NCBI GenBank assembly: GCA_964016885.1
Contig: OZ024744.1
Location: 19,468,001 to 19,532,000, forward strand
Direction: 5' to 3'
Origin: Eledone cirrhosa
Lineage: Eukaryota
Length of the DNA: 64,000 bases
In this document: piece by piece, positions 29,621 through 42,210 of the stretch
Numbering within the stretch: position 1 is the first letter of the stretch
Layout: the number at the start of each line of letters is the position of its first letter
Made by a program: the position numbers and the translations under genes
Notes under the pieces: generated by a model
Told to the model about the DNA's origin: nothing
Databases searched by the model: none
What the model saw: only the letters and a program-made list of their open reading frames with translations

Positions 29621-32600
29621 GAAATTAGAAATTATAAGCCTTCACCGGATTTTAGAATAAAGAAATTTATAGCTTGATAGAGGGTTTATAACCCTCGGAG
29701 AAATGGAAAAAGATGAGTGTTGCCATACATGGGAGTCGAACCCACATATTTGGTTATCCAGACCACTGTGCTACCATTACACCAATACACATCCCATCTC
29801 CTTCCATTCGAATTTGAAGCTATGAACTTAGCAAGTGAATGATAAACAAGCAAATTATAAACGTAAACATGTAAGTATGTTTTTGAAACGGTGCGCGAGT
29901 TTGAAATTAGAAATTAGAAATTATAAGCTTTCACCGGATTTTAGACTAAAGAAATGTATAGCTTGATAGTGGGGTTTATAACCCTAGGAGAAATGGAAAA
30001 AGATGAGTGTTGCCATACCTGGGAGTCGAACCCACATCTTTGGTTATCCAGACCACTGTCCTACCATTAGACCAATACACATCCCATCTCCTTCCATTCG
30101 AATTAGAAGCTATGAACTTAGCAAGTGAATGATAAACAAACAAATTATAAACGTAAACATGTAAGTATGTATTTGAAACGGTGCGCTCTTTTGAAATTAG
30201 AAATTAGAAATTATAAGCTTTCACCGTATTTTAGAATAAAGAAATTTATAGCTTGATAGTGGGGTTTATAACCCTCGGAGAAATGGAAAAAAGATGAGTG
30301 TTGCCATACATGGGAGTTGAACCCATATATTTGGTTATCCAGACCACTGTGCTACCATTACACCAATACACATCCCATCTCCTTCCATTCGAATTAGAAA
30401 CTATGAACTTAGCAAGTGAATGATAAACAAGCACATTATAAACGTAAACATGTAAGTATGTTTTTGAAACGGTGCGCTCGTTTGAAACTAGAAATTAGAA
30501 ATTATAAGCTTTCACCGTATTTTAGACTAAAGAAATTTATAGCTTGATAGTGGGGATTATAACCCTCGGAGAAATTGAAAAAGATGAGTGTTGCCATACA
30601 TGGGAGTCGAACCCACATATATTGTTATCCAGACCACTGTCCTACCATTAGACCAATACACATCCCATCTCCTTCCATTCGAATTAGAAGCTATGAACTG
30701 AGCAAGTGAATGATAGACAAGCAAATTATAAACGTAAACATGTAAGTATCTTTTTGAAACGGTGCACGAGTTTGAAATTATAAGCTTTCACCCTATTTTA
30801 GACTAAAGAAATGTATAGCTTGATAGTGGGGTTTATAACCCTAGGAGAAATGGAAAAAGATGAGTGTTGCCATACCTGGGAGTCGAACCCACATCTTTGG
30901 TTATCCAGACCACTCTCCTACCATTAGACCAATACACATCCCATCTCCTTCCATTCGAATTAGAAGCTATGAACTTAGCAAGTGAATGATAAACAAGCTA
31001 ATTATAAATGTAAACATGTAAGTATGTGTTTGAAACGGTGCGCTCGTTTGAAATTAGAAATTAGAAATTATAAGCTTTCACCGTATTTTAGACTAAATAA
31101 ATTTATAGCTTGATAGTGGGGATTATAACCCTCGGAGAAATGGATAAAGATGAGTGTTGCCATACATGGGAGTCGAACCCACATCTTTGGTTATCCAGAC
31201 CACTGTCCTACCATTAGACCAATACACATCCCATCTCCTTCCATTCGAATTAGAAGCTATGAATTTAGCAAGTGAATGATAAACAAGCAAATTATGAACG
31301 TAAACATGTAAGTATGTTTCTGAAACGGTGCGCTCGTTTGAAATTAGAAATTAGAAATTATAAGCTTTCACCGTATTTTAGAATAAAGAAATGTATAGCT
31401 TGATAGTGGGGTTTATAACCCTCGGAGAAATGGAAAAAAGATGAGTGTTGCCATACATGGGAGTCGAACCCACATATTTGGTTATCCAGACCACTGTGCT
31501 ATCATTACACCAATACACGTCCCATCTCCTTCCATTCGAATTAGAAGCTATGAACTTAGAAAGTGAATGATAAACAAGCAAATTATAAACGCAAACATGT
31601 AAGTATGTTTTTGAAACTGTGCGCTCGTTTGAAACTAGAAATTGGAAATTATAAGCTTTCACCGTATTTTAGACTAAAGAAATTTATAGCGTGATAGTGG
31701 GGATTATAACCCTCGGAGAAATGGAAAAAGATGAGTGTTGCCATACATGGGAGTCGAACCCACGTATTTGGTTATCCAGACCACTGTGCTACCATTACAC
31801 CAATACACATCCCATCTCCTGGCATTCGAATTAGAAGCTATGTACTTAGCAAGTGAATGATAAACAAGCAAATTATAAACGTAAACATGTAAGTATGTTT
31901 TTGAAACGGTGCGCGAGTTTGAAATTAGAAATTAGAAATTATAAGCTTTCACCGTATTTTAGAATAAAGAAATTTATAGCTTGATAGTGGGGTTTATAAC
32001 CCTCAGAGAAATGGAAAAAGATGAGTGTTGCCATACATGGGAGTCGAACCCACATATTTGTTATCCAGACCACTGTGCTACCATTACACCAATACACATC
32101 CCATCTCCTTCCATTCGAATTAGAAGCTATGAACTTAGCAAGTGAATGATAAACAAGCAAATTATAAACTTAAACATGTAAGGATGTTTTTGAAACGGTG
32201 CGCGAGTTTGAAACTAGAAATTAGAAATTAGAAATTATAAGCCTTCACCGGATTTTAGAACAAAGAAATTTATAGCTTGATAGTGGGGTTTATAACCCTC
32301 GGAGAAATGGAAAAAGATGAGTGCTGCCATACATGGGAGTCGAACCCACATATTTGGTTATCCAGACCACTGTGCTACCATTACACCAATACACATCCCA
32401 TCTCCTTCCATTCGAATTAGAAGCTATGAACTTAGCATGTGAATGATAAACAAGCAAATTATAAACGTAAACATGTAAGTATGTTTTTGAAACTGTGCGC
32501 GAGTTTGAAATTAGAAATTAGAAATTATAAGCTTTCACCGGATTTTAGACTAAAGAAATGTATAGCTTGATAGTGGGGTTTATAACCCTAGGAGAAATGG

Positions 32601-34059
32601 AAAAAGATGAGTGTTGCCATACCTGGGAGTCGAACCAACATCTTTGGTTATCCAGACCACTGTGCTACCATTACACCAATACACATCCCATCCCCTTCCA
32701 TTCGAATTAGAAGCTACGATGTTAGCAAGTGAATGATAAACAAGCAAATTATAAACGTACTCATGTCAGTTTTTTTTTGAAACGGTGCGCGAGTTTGAAA
32801 TTAGAAATTAGAAATTATAAGCTTTCACCGGATTTTAGACTAAAGACATGTATAGCTTGATAGTGGGGTTTATAACCCAAGGAGAAATGGAAAAAGATGA
32901 GTGTTGCCATACATGTGTGCCGAACCGATATATTTCATTATCCAGACCACTGTGATACCATTACACCAATACACATCCCATCTCCTTCCATTCGAATTAG
33001 AAGCTATGAACTTAGCAAGTGAATGATAAACAAGCAAATTATGAACGTAAACATGTAAGTATGTTTTTGAAACGGTGCGCGAGTTTGAAATTAGAAATTA
33101 GAAATTATAAGCTTTCACCGTATTTTAGACTAAAGAAATTTATAGCTTGATAGTGGGGATTATAACCCTCGGAGAAATGGAAAAAGATGAGTGTTGCCAT
33201 ACCTGGGAGTCGAACCCACATATTTTGTTATCCAGACCACTTTGCTACCATTACACCAATACACATCCCATCTCCTTCCATTCGAATTAGAAGCTATGAA
33301 CTTAGCAAGTGAATGATAAACAAGCAAATTATAAACGTAAACATGTAAGTATGTTTTTGAAACGGTGCGCGAGTTTGAAATTAGAAATTAGAAATTATAA
33401 GCTTTCACCCTATTTTAGACTAAAGAAATGTATAGCTTGATAGTGGGGTTTATAACCCTAGGAGAAATGGAAAAAGATGAGTGTTGCCATACCTGGGAGT
33501 CGAACCCACATCTTTGGTTATCCAGACCACTCTCCTACCATTAGACCAATACACATCCCATCTCCTTCCATTCGAATTAGAAGCTATGAACTTAGCAAGT
33601 GAATGATAAACAAGCTAATTATAAATGTAAACATGTAAGTATGTGTTTGAAACGGTGCGCTCGTTTGAAATTAGAAATTAGAAATTATAAGCTTTCACCG
33701 TATTTTAGACTAAATAAATTTATAGCTTGATAGTGGGGATTATAACCCTCGGAGAAATGGAAAAAGATGAGTGTTGCCATACATGGGAGTCGAACCCACA
33801 TCTTTGGTTATCCAGACCACTGTCCTACCATTAGACCAATACACATCCCATCTCCTTCCATTCGAATTAGAAGCTATGAACTTAGCAAGTGAATGATAAA
33901 CAAGCAAATTATAAACGTAAACATGTAAGTATGTTTCTGAAACGGTGCGCTCGTTTGAAATTAGAAATTAGAAATTATAAGCTTTCACCGTATTTTAGAA
34001 TAAAGAAATGTATAGCTTGATAGTGGGGTTTATAACCCTCGGAGAAATGGAAAAAGATG

Positions 34060-37000
34060 AGTGTTGCCATACATGGGAGTCGAACCCACATCTTTGGTTA
34101 TCCAGACCACTGTCCTACCATTAGACCAATACACATCCCATCTCCTTTCATTCGAATTAGAAGCTATGAACTTAGCAAGTGAATGATAAACAAGCAAATT
34201 ATAAACGCAAACATGTACGTATGTTTTTGAAACGGTGCGCTCGTTTGAAACTAGAAATTAGAAATTATAATCTTTCACCGTATTTTAGACTGAAGAAATT
34301 TATAGCGTGATAGTGGGGATTATAACCCTCGGAGAAATGGAAAAAGATGAGTGTTGCCATACATGGGAGTCGAACCCACATATTTGGTTATCCAGACCAC
34401 TGTGCTACCATTACACCAATACACATCCCATCTCCTTCCATTCGAATTAGAAACTATGAACTTAGCAAGTGAATGATAAACAAGCACATTATAAACGTAA
34501 ACATGTAAGTATGTTTTTGAAACGGTGCGCTCGTTTGAAACTAGAAATTAGAAATTATAAGCTTTCACCGTATTTTAGACTAAAGAAATTTATAGCTTGA
34601 TAGTGGGGATTATAACCCTCGGAGAAATTGAAAAAGATGAGTGTTGCCATACATGGGAGTCGAACCCACATATATTGTTATCCAGACCACTGTCCTACCA
34701 TTAGACCAATACACATCCCATCTCCTTCCATTCGAATTAGAAGCTATGAACTGAGCAAGTGAATGATAGACAAGCAAATTATAAACGTAAACATGTAAGT
34801 ATCTTTTTGAAACGGTGCACGAGTTTGAAATTATAAGCTTTCACCGTATTTTAGACTAAAGAAATGTATAGCTTGATAGTGGGGTTTATAACCCTAGGAG
34901 AAATGGAAAAAGATGAGTGTTGCCATACCTGGGAGTCGAACCCACATCTTTGGTTATCCAGACCACTCTCCTACCATTAGACCAATACACATCCCATCTC
35001 CTTCCATTCGAATTAGAAGCTATGAACTTAGCAAGTGAATGATAAACAAGCTAATTATAAATGTAAACATGTAAGTATGTGTTTGAAACGGTGCGCTCGT
35101 TTGAAATTAGAAATTAGAAATTATAAGCTTTCACCGTATTTTAGACTAAATAAATTTATAGCTTGATAGTGGGGATTATAACCCTCGGAGAAATGGAAAA
35201 AGATGAGTGTTGCCATACATGGGAGTCGAACCCACATCTTTGGTTATCCAGACCACTGTCCTACCATTAGACCAATACACATCCCATCTCCTTCCATTCG
35301 AATTAGAAGCTATGAACTTAGCAAGTGAATGATAAACAAGCAAATTATAAACGTAAACATGTAAGTATGTTTTTGAAACGGTGCGCTCGTTTGAAATTAG
35401 AAATTAGAAATTATAAGCTTTCACCGTATGTTAGACTAAAGATATTTATAGCTTGATAGTTGGGTTTATAACCCTCGGAGAAATGGAAAAAGATGAGTGT
35501 TGCCATACATGGGAGTCCAACCCACATATTTGGTTATCCAGACCACTGTGCTACCATTACACTAATACACATCCCATTCCCTTCCATTCGAAATAGAAGC
35601 TACGAACTTAGCAAGTGAATGATAAAGAAGCAAATTATAAACGTAAACATGTAAGTATGTTTTTGAAACGGTGCACGAGTTTGAAATTATAAGCTTTCAC
35701 CGTATTTTAGACTAAAGAAATGTATAGCTTGATAGTGGGGTTTATAACCCTAGGAGAAATGGAAAAAGTTGAGTGTTGCCATACCTGGGAGTCTAACCTA
35801 CATCTCTGGTTATCCAGACCACTGTCCTACCATTAGACCAATACACATCCCATCTCCTTCCATTCGAATTAGAAGCTATGAACTTAGCAAGTGAATGATA
35901 AACAAGCAAATTATAAACGTAAACATGTAAGTATGTTTTTGAAAATGTGCGCTCGTTTGAAATTAGAAATTAGAAATTATAAGCTTTCACCGGATTTTAG
36001 ACTAAAGAAATGTATAGCTTGATAGTGGGGTTTATAACCCAAGGAGAAATGGAAAAAGATGAGTGTTGCCATACCCGGGAGTCGAACCCACATATTTTGT
36101 TATCCAGACCATTGTGCTACCATTACACCAATACACATCCCATCTCCTTCCATTCGAATTAGAAGCTATGAAATTAGCAAGTGAATGATAAACAAACAAA
36201 TTATAAACGTAAACATGTAAGTATGTATTTGAAACGGTGCGCTCGTTTGAAATTAGAAATTAGAAATTATAAGCTTTCACCGTATTTTAGAATAAAGAAA
36301 TTTATAGCTTGATAGTGGGGTTTATAACCCTCGGAGAAATGGAAAAAAGATGAGTGTTGCCATACATGGGAGTCGAACCCACATATTTGGTTATCCAGAC
36401 CACTGTGCTACCATTACACCAATACACGTCCCATCTCCTTCCATTCGAATTAGAAGCTATGAACTTAGAAAGTGAATGATAAACAAGCAAATTATAAACG
36501 CAAACATGTAAGTATGTTTTTGAAACTGTGCGCTCGTTTGAAACTAGAACTTGGAAATTATAAGCTTTCACCGTATTTTAGACTAAAGAAATTTATAGCG
36601 TGATAGTGGGGATTATAACCCTCGGAGAAATGGAAAAAGATGAGTGTTGCCATACATGGGAGTCGAACCCACATCTTTGGTTATCCAGACCACTGTCCTA
36701 CCATTAGACCAATACACATCCCATCTCCTCCCATTCGAATTAGAAGCTATGAACTTAGCAAGTGAATGATAAACAAGCTAATTTTAAACGTAAACATGTA
36801 AGTATGTGTTTGAAACGGTGCGCGAGTTTGAAATTAGGAATTAGAAATTATAAGCTTTCACCGTATTTTAGACTAAAGAAATTTATAGCTTGATAGTGGG
36901 GATTATAACCCTCGGAGAAATGGAAAAAGATGAGTGTTGCCATACATGGGAGTCGAACCCACATCTTTGGTTATCCAGACCACTGTCCTACCATTAGATC

Positions 37001-40000
37001 AATACACATCCCATCTCCTTCCATTCGAATTAGAAGCTATGAACTTAGCAAGTGAATGATAAACAAGCAAATTATAAACGTAAACATGTGAGTATGTTTT
37101 TGAAACGGTGCGCTCGTTTGAAATTAGAAATTAGAAATTATAAGCTTTCACCGTATGTTAGACTAAAGATATTTATAGCTTGATAGTGGGGATTATAATC
37201 CTCGGAGAAATGGAAAAAGATGAGTGTTGCCATACCTGGGAGTCGAACCCACATCTCTGGTTATCCAGACCACTGTGCTACCATTAGACCAATACACATC
37301 CCATCTCCTTCCATTCGAATTAGAAGCTATGAACTTAGCAAGTGAATGATAAACAAGCAAATTATAAACGTAAACATGTAAGTATGTTTTTGAAACGGTG
37401 CGCTCGTTTGAAATTAGAAATTAGAAATTATAAGCTTTCACCGTATTTTAGACTAAAGAAATGTATAGCTTGATAGTGGGGTTTATAACCCAAGGAGAAA
37501 TGGAAAAAGATGAGTGTTGCCATACCTGGGAGTCGAACCCACATATTTTGTTATCCAGACCATTGTGCTACCATTACACCAATACACATCCCATCTCCTT
37601 CCATTCGAATTAGAAGCTATGAACTTAGCAAGTGAATGATAAACAAACAAATTATAAACGTAAACATGTAAGTATGTATTTGAAACGGTGCGCTCGTTTG
37701 AAATTAGAAATTATAAATTATAAGCTTTCACCGTATTTTAGAATAAAGAAATTTATAGCTTGATAGTGGGGTTTATAACCCTCGGAGAAATGGAAAAAAT
37801 ATGAGTGTTGCCATACATGGGAGTCGAACCCACATATTTGGTTATCCAGAGCACTGTGCTACCATTACACCAATACACGTCCCATCTCCTTCCATTCGAA
37901 TTAGAAGCTATGAACTTAGCAAGTGAATGATAAACAAGCACATTATAAACGTAAACATGTAAGTATGTTTTTGAAACGGTGCGCGAGTTTGAAATTAGAA
38001 ATTAGAAATTATAAGCTTTCACCGTATTTTAGACTAAAGAAATTTATAGCTTGATAGTGGGGATTATACCCCTCGCAGAAATGGAAAAAGATGAGTGTTG
38101 CCATACATGGGAGTCGAACCCACATCTTTGGTTATCCAGACCACTGTCCTACCATTAGACCAATACACATCCCATCTCCTTTCATTCGAATTAGAAGCTA
38201 TGAACTTAGCAAGTGAATGATAAACAAGCAAATTATAAACGCAAACATGTACGTATGTTTTTGAAACGGTGCGCTCGTTTGAAACTAGAAATTAGAAATT
38301 ATAATCTTTCACCGTATTTTAGACTGAAGAAATTTATAGCGTGATAGTGGGGATTATAACCCTCGGAGAAATGGAAAAAGATGAGTGTTGCCATACATGG
38401 GAGTCGAACCCACATATTTGGTTATCCAGACCACTGTGCTACCATTACACCAATACACATCCCATCTCCTTCCATTCGAATTAGAAACTATGAACTTAGC
38501 AAGTGAATGATAAACAAGCACATTATAAACGTAAACATGTAAGTATGTTTTTGAAACGGTGCGCTCGTTTGAAACTAGAAATTAGAAATTATAAGCTTTC
38601 ACCTTATTTTAGACTAAAGAAATTTATAGCTTGATAGTGGGGATTATAACCCTCGGAGAAATTGAAAAAGATGAGTGTTGCCATACATGGGAGTCGAACC
38701 CACATATATTGTTATCCAGACCACTGTCCTACCATTAGACCAATACACATCCCATCTCCTTCCATTCGAATTAGAAGCTATGAACTGAGCAAGTGAATGA
38801 TAGACAAGCAAATTATAAACGTAAACATGTAAGTATCTTTTTGAAACGGTGCACGAGTTTGAAATTATAAGCTTTCACCGTATTTTAGACTAAAGAAATG
38901 TATAGCTTGATAGTGGGGTTTATAACCCTAGGAGAAATGGAAAAAGATGAGTGTTGCCATACCTGGGAGTCGAACCCACATCTTTGGTTATCCAGACCAC
39001 TCTCCTACCATTAGACCAATACACATCCCATCTCCTTCCATTCGAATTAGAAGCTATGAACTTAGCAAGTGAATGATAAACAAGCTAATTATAAATGTAA
39101 ACATGTAAGTATGTGTTTGAAACGGTGCGCTCGTTTGAAATTAGAAATTAGAAATTATAAGCTTTCACCGTATTTTAGACTAAATAAATTTATAGCTTGA
39201 TAGTGGGGATTATAACCCTCGGAGAAATGGAAAAAGATGAGTGTTGCCATACATGGGAGTCGAACCCACATCTTTGGTTATCCAGACCACTGTCCTACCA
39301 TTAGACCAATACACATCCCATCTCCTTCCATTCGAATTAGAAGCTATGAACTTAGCAAGTGAATGATAAACAAGCAAATTATAAACGTAAACATGTAAGT
39401 ATGTTTTTGAAACGGTGCGCTCGTTTGAAATTAGAAATTAGAAATTATAAGCTTTCACCGTATGTTAGACTAAAGATATTTATAGCTTGATAGTTGGGTT
39501 TATAACCCTCGGAGAAATGGAAAAAGATGAGTGTTGCCATACATGGGAGTCCAACCCACATATTTGGTTATCCAGACCACTGTGCTACCATTACACTAAT
39601 ACACATCCCATTCCCTTCCATTCGAAATAGAAGCTACGAACTTAGCAAGTGAATGATAAAGAAGCAAATTATAAACGTAAACATGTAAGTATGTTTTTGA
39701 AACGGTGCACGAGTTTGAAATTATAAGCTTTCACCGTATTTTAGACTAAAGAAATGTATAGCTTGATAGTGGGGTTTATAACCCTAGGAGAAATGGAAAA
39801 AGATGAGTGTTGCCATACCTGGGAGTCTAACCTACATCTCTGGTTATCCAGACCACTGTCCTACCATTAGACCAATACACATCCCATCTCCTTCCATTCG
39901 AATTAGAAGCTATGAACTTAGCAAGTGAATGATAAACAAGCAAATTATAAACGTAAACATGTAAGTATGTTTTTGAAAATGTGCGCTCGTTTGAAATTAG

Positions 40001-42210
40001 AAATTAGAAATTATAAGCTTTCACCGGATTTTAGACTAAAGAAATGTATAGCTTGATAGTGGGGTTTATAACCCAAGGAGAAATGGAAAAAGATGAGTGT
40101 TGCCATACCCGGGAGTCGAACCCACATATTTTGTTATCCAGACCATTGTGCTACCATTACACCAATACACATCCCATCTCCTTCCATTCGAATTAGAAGC
40201 TATGAAATTAGCAAGTGAATGATAAACAAACAAATTATAAACGTAAACATGTAAGTATGTATTTGAAACGGTGCGCTCGTTTGAAATTAGAAATTAGAAA
40301 TTATAAGCTTTCACCGTATTTTAGAATAAAGAAATTTATAGCTTGATAGTGGGGTTTATAACCCTCGGAGAAATGGAAAAAAGATGAGTGTTGCCATACA
40401 TGGGAGTCGAACCCACATATTTGGTTATCCAGACCACTGTGCTACCATTACACCAATACACGTCCCATCTCCTTCCATTCGAATTAGAAGCTATGAACTT
40501 AGAAAGTGAATGATAAACAAGCAAATTATAAACGCAAACATGTAAGTATGTTTTTGAAACTGTGCGCTCGTTGGAAACTAGAACTTGGAAATTATAAGCT
40601 TTCACCGTATTTTAGACTAAAGAAATTTATAGCGTGATAGTGGGGATTATAACCCTCGGAGAAATGGAAAAAGATGAGTGTTGCCATACATGGGAGTCGA
40701 ACCCACATCTTTGGTTATCCAGACCACTGTCCTACCATTAGACCAATACACATCCCATCTCCTCCCATTCGAATTAGAAGCTATGAACTTAGCAAGTGAA
40801 TGATAAACAAGCTAATTTTAAACGTAAACATGTAAGTATGTGTTTGAAACGGTGCGCGAGTTTGAAATTAGGAATTAGAAATTATAAGCTTTCACCGTAT
40901 TTTAGACTAAAGAAATTTATAGCTTGATAGTGGGGATTATAACCCTCGGAGAAATGGAAAAAGATGAGTGTTGCCATACATGGGAGTCGAACCCACATCT
41001 TTGGTTATCCAGACCACTGTCCTACCATTAGATCAATACACATCCCATCTCCTTCCATTCGAATTAGAAGCTATGAACTTAGCAAGTGAATGATAAACAA
41101 GCAAATTATAAACGTAAACATGTGAGTATGTTTTTGAAACGGTGCGCTCGTTTGAAATTAGAAATTAGAAATTATAAGCTTTCACCGTATGTTAGACTAA
41201 AGATATTTATAGCTTGATAGTGGGGATTATAATCCTCGGAGAAATGGAAAAAGATGAGTGTTGCCATACCTGGGAGTCGAACCCACATCTCTGGTTATCC
41301 AGACCACTGTGCTACCATTAGACCAATACACATCCCATCTCCTTCCATTCGAATTAGAAGCTATGAACTTAGCAAGTGAATGATAAACAAGCAAATTATA
41401 AACGTAAACATGTAAGTATGTTTTTGAAACGGTGCGCTCGTTTGAAATTAGAAATTAGAAATTATAAGCTTTCACCGTATTTTAGACTAAAGAAATGTAT
41501 AGCTTGATAGTGGGGTTTATAACCCAAGGAGAAATGGAAAAAGATGAGTGTTGCCATACCTGGGAGTCGAACCCACATATTTTGTTATCCAGACCATTGT
41601 GCTACCATTACACCAATACACATCCCATCTCCTTCCATTCGAATTAGAAGCTATGAACTTAGCAAGTGAATGATAAACAAACAAATTATAAACGTAAACA
41701 TGTAAGTATGTATTTGAAACGGTGCGCTCGTTTGAAATTAGAAATTATAAATTATAAGCTTTCACCGTATTTTAGAATAAAGAAATTTATAGCTTGATAG
41801 TGGGGTTTATAACCCTCGGAGAAATGGAAAAAATATGAGTGTTGCCATACATGGGAGTCGAACCCACATATTTGGTTATCCAGAGCACTGTGCTACCATT
41901 ACACCAATACACGTCCCATCTCCTTCCATTCGAATTAGAAGCTATGAACTTAGCAAGTGAATGATAAACAAGCACATTATAAACGTAAACATGTAAGTAT
42001 GTTTTTGAAACGGTGCGCGAGTTTGAAATTAGAAATTAGAAATTATAAGCTTTCACCGTATTTTAGACTAAAGAAATTTATAGCTTGATAGTGGGGATTA
42101 TACCCCTCGCAGAAATGGAAAAAGATGAGTGTTGCCATACATGGGAGTCGAACCCACATCTTTGGTTATCCAGACCACTGTCCTACCATTAGACCAATAC
42201 ACATCCCATC
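34060..42210. repeat. 14-monomer higher-order duplication (period 4034 bp)
   Basis: 36302->40336 and 37753->41787 are each 4034. TATACCCCTCGC occurs at about 38065/42099 and CATGTACGT at about 34212/38246. Confidence 0.9.
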
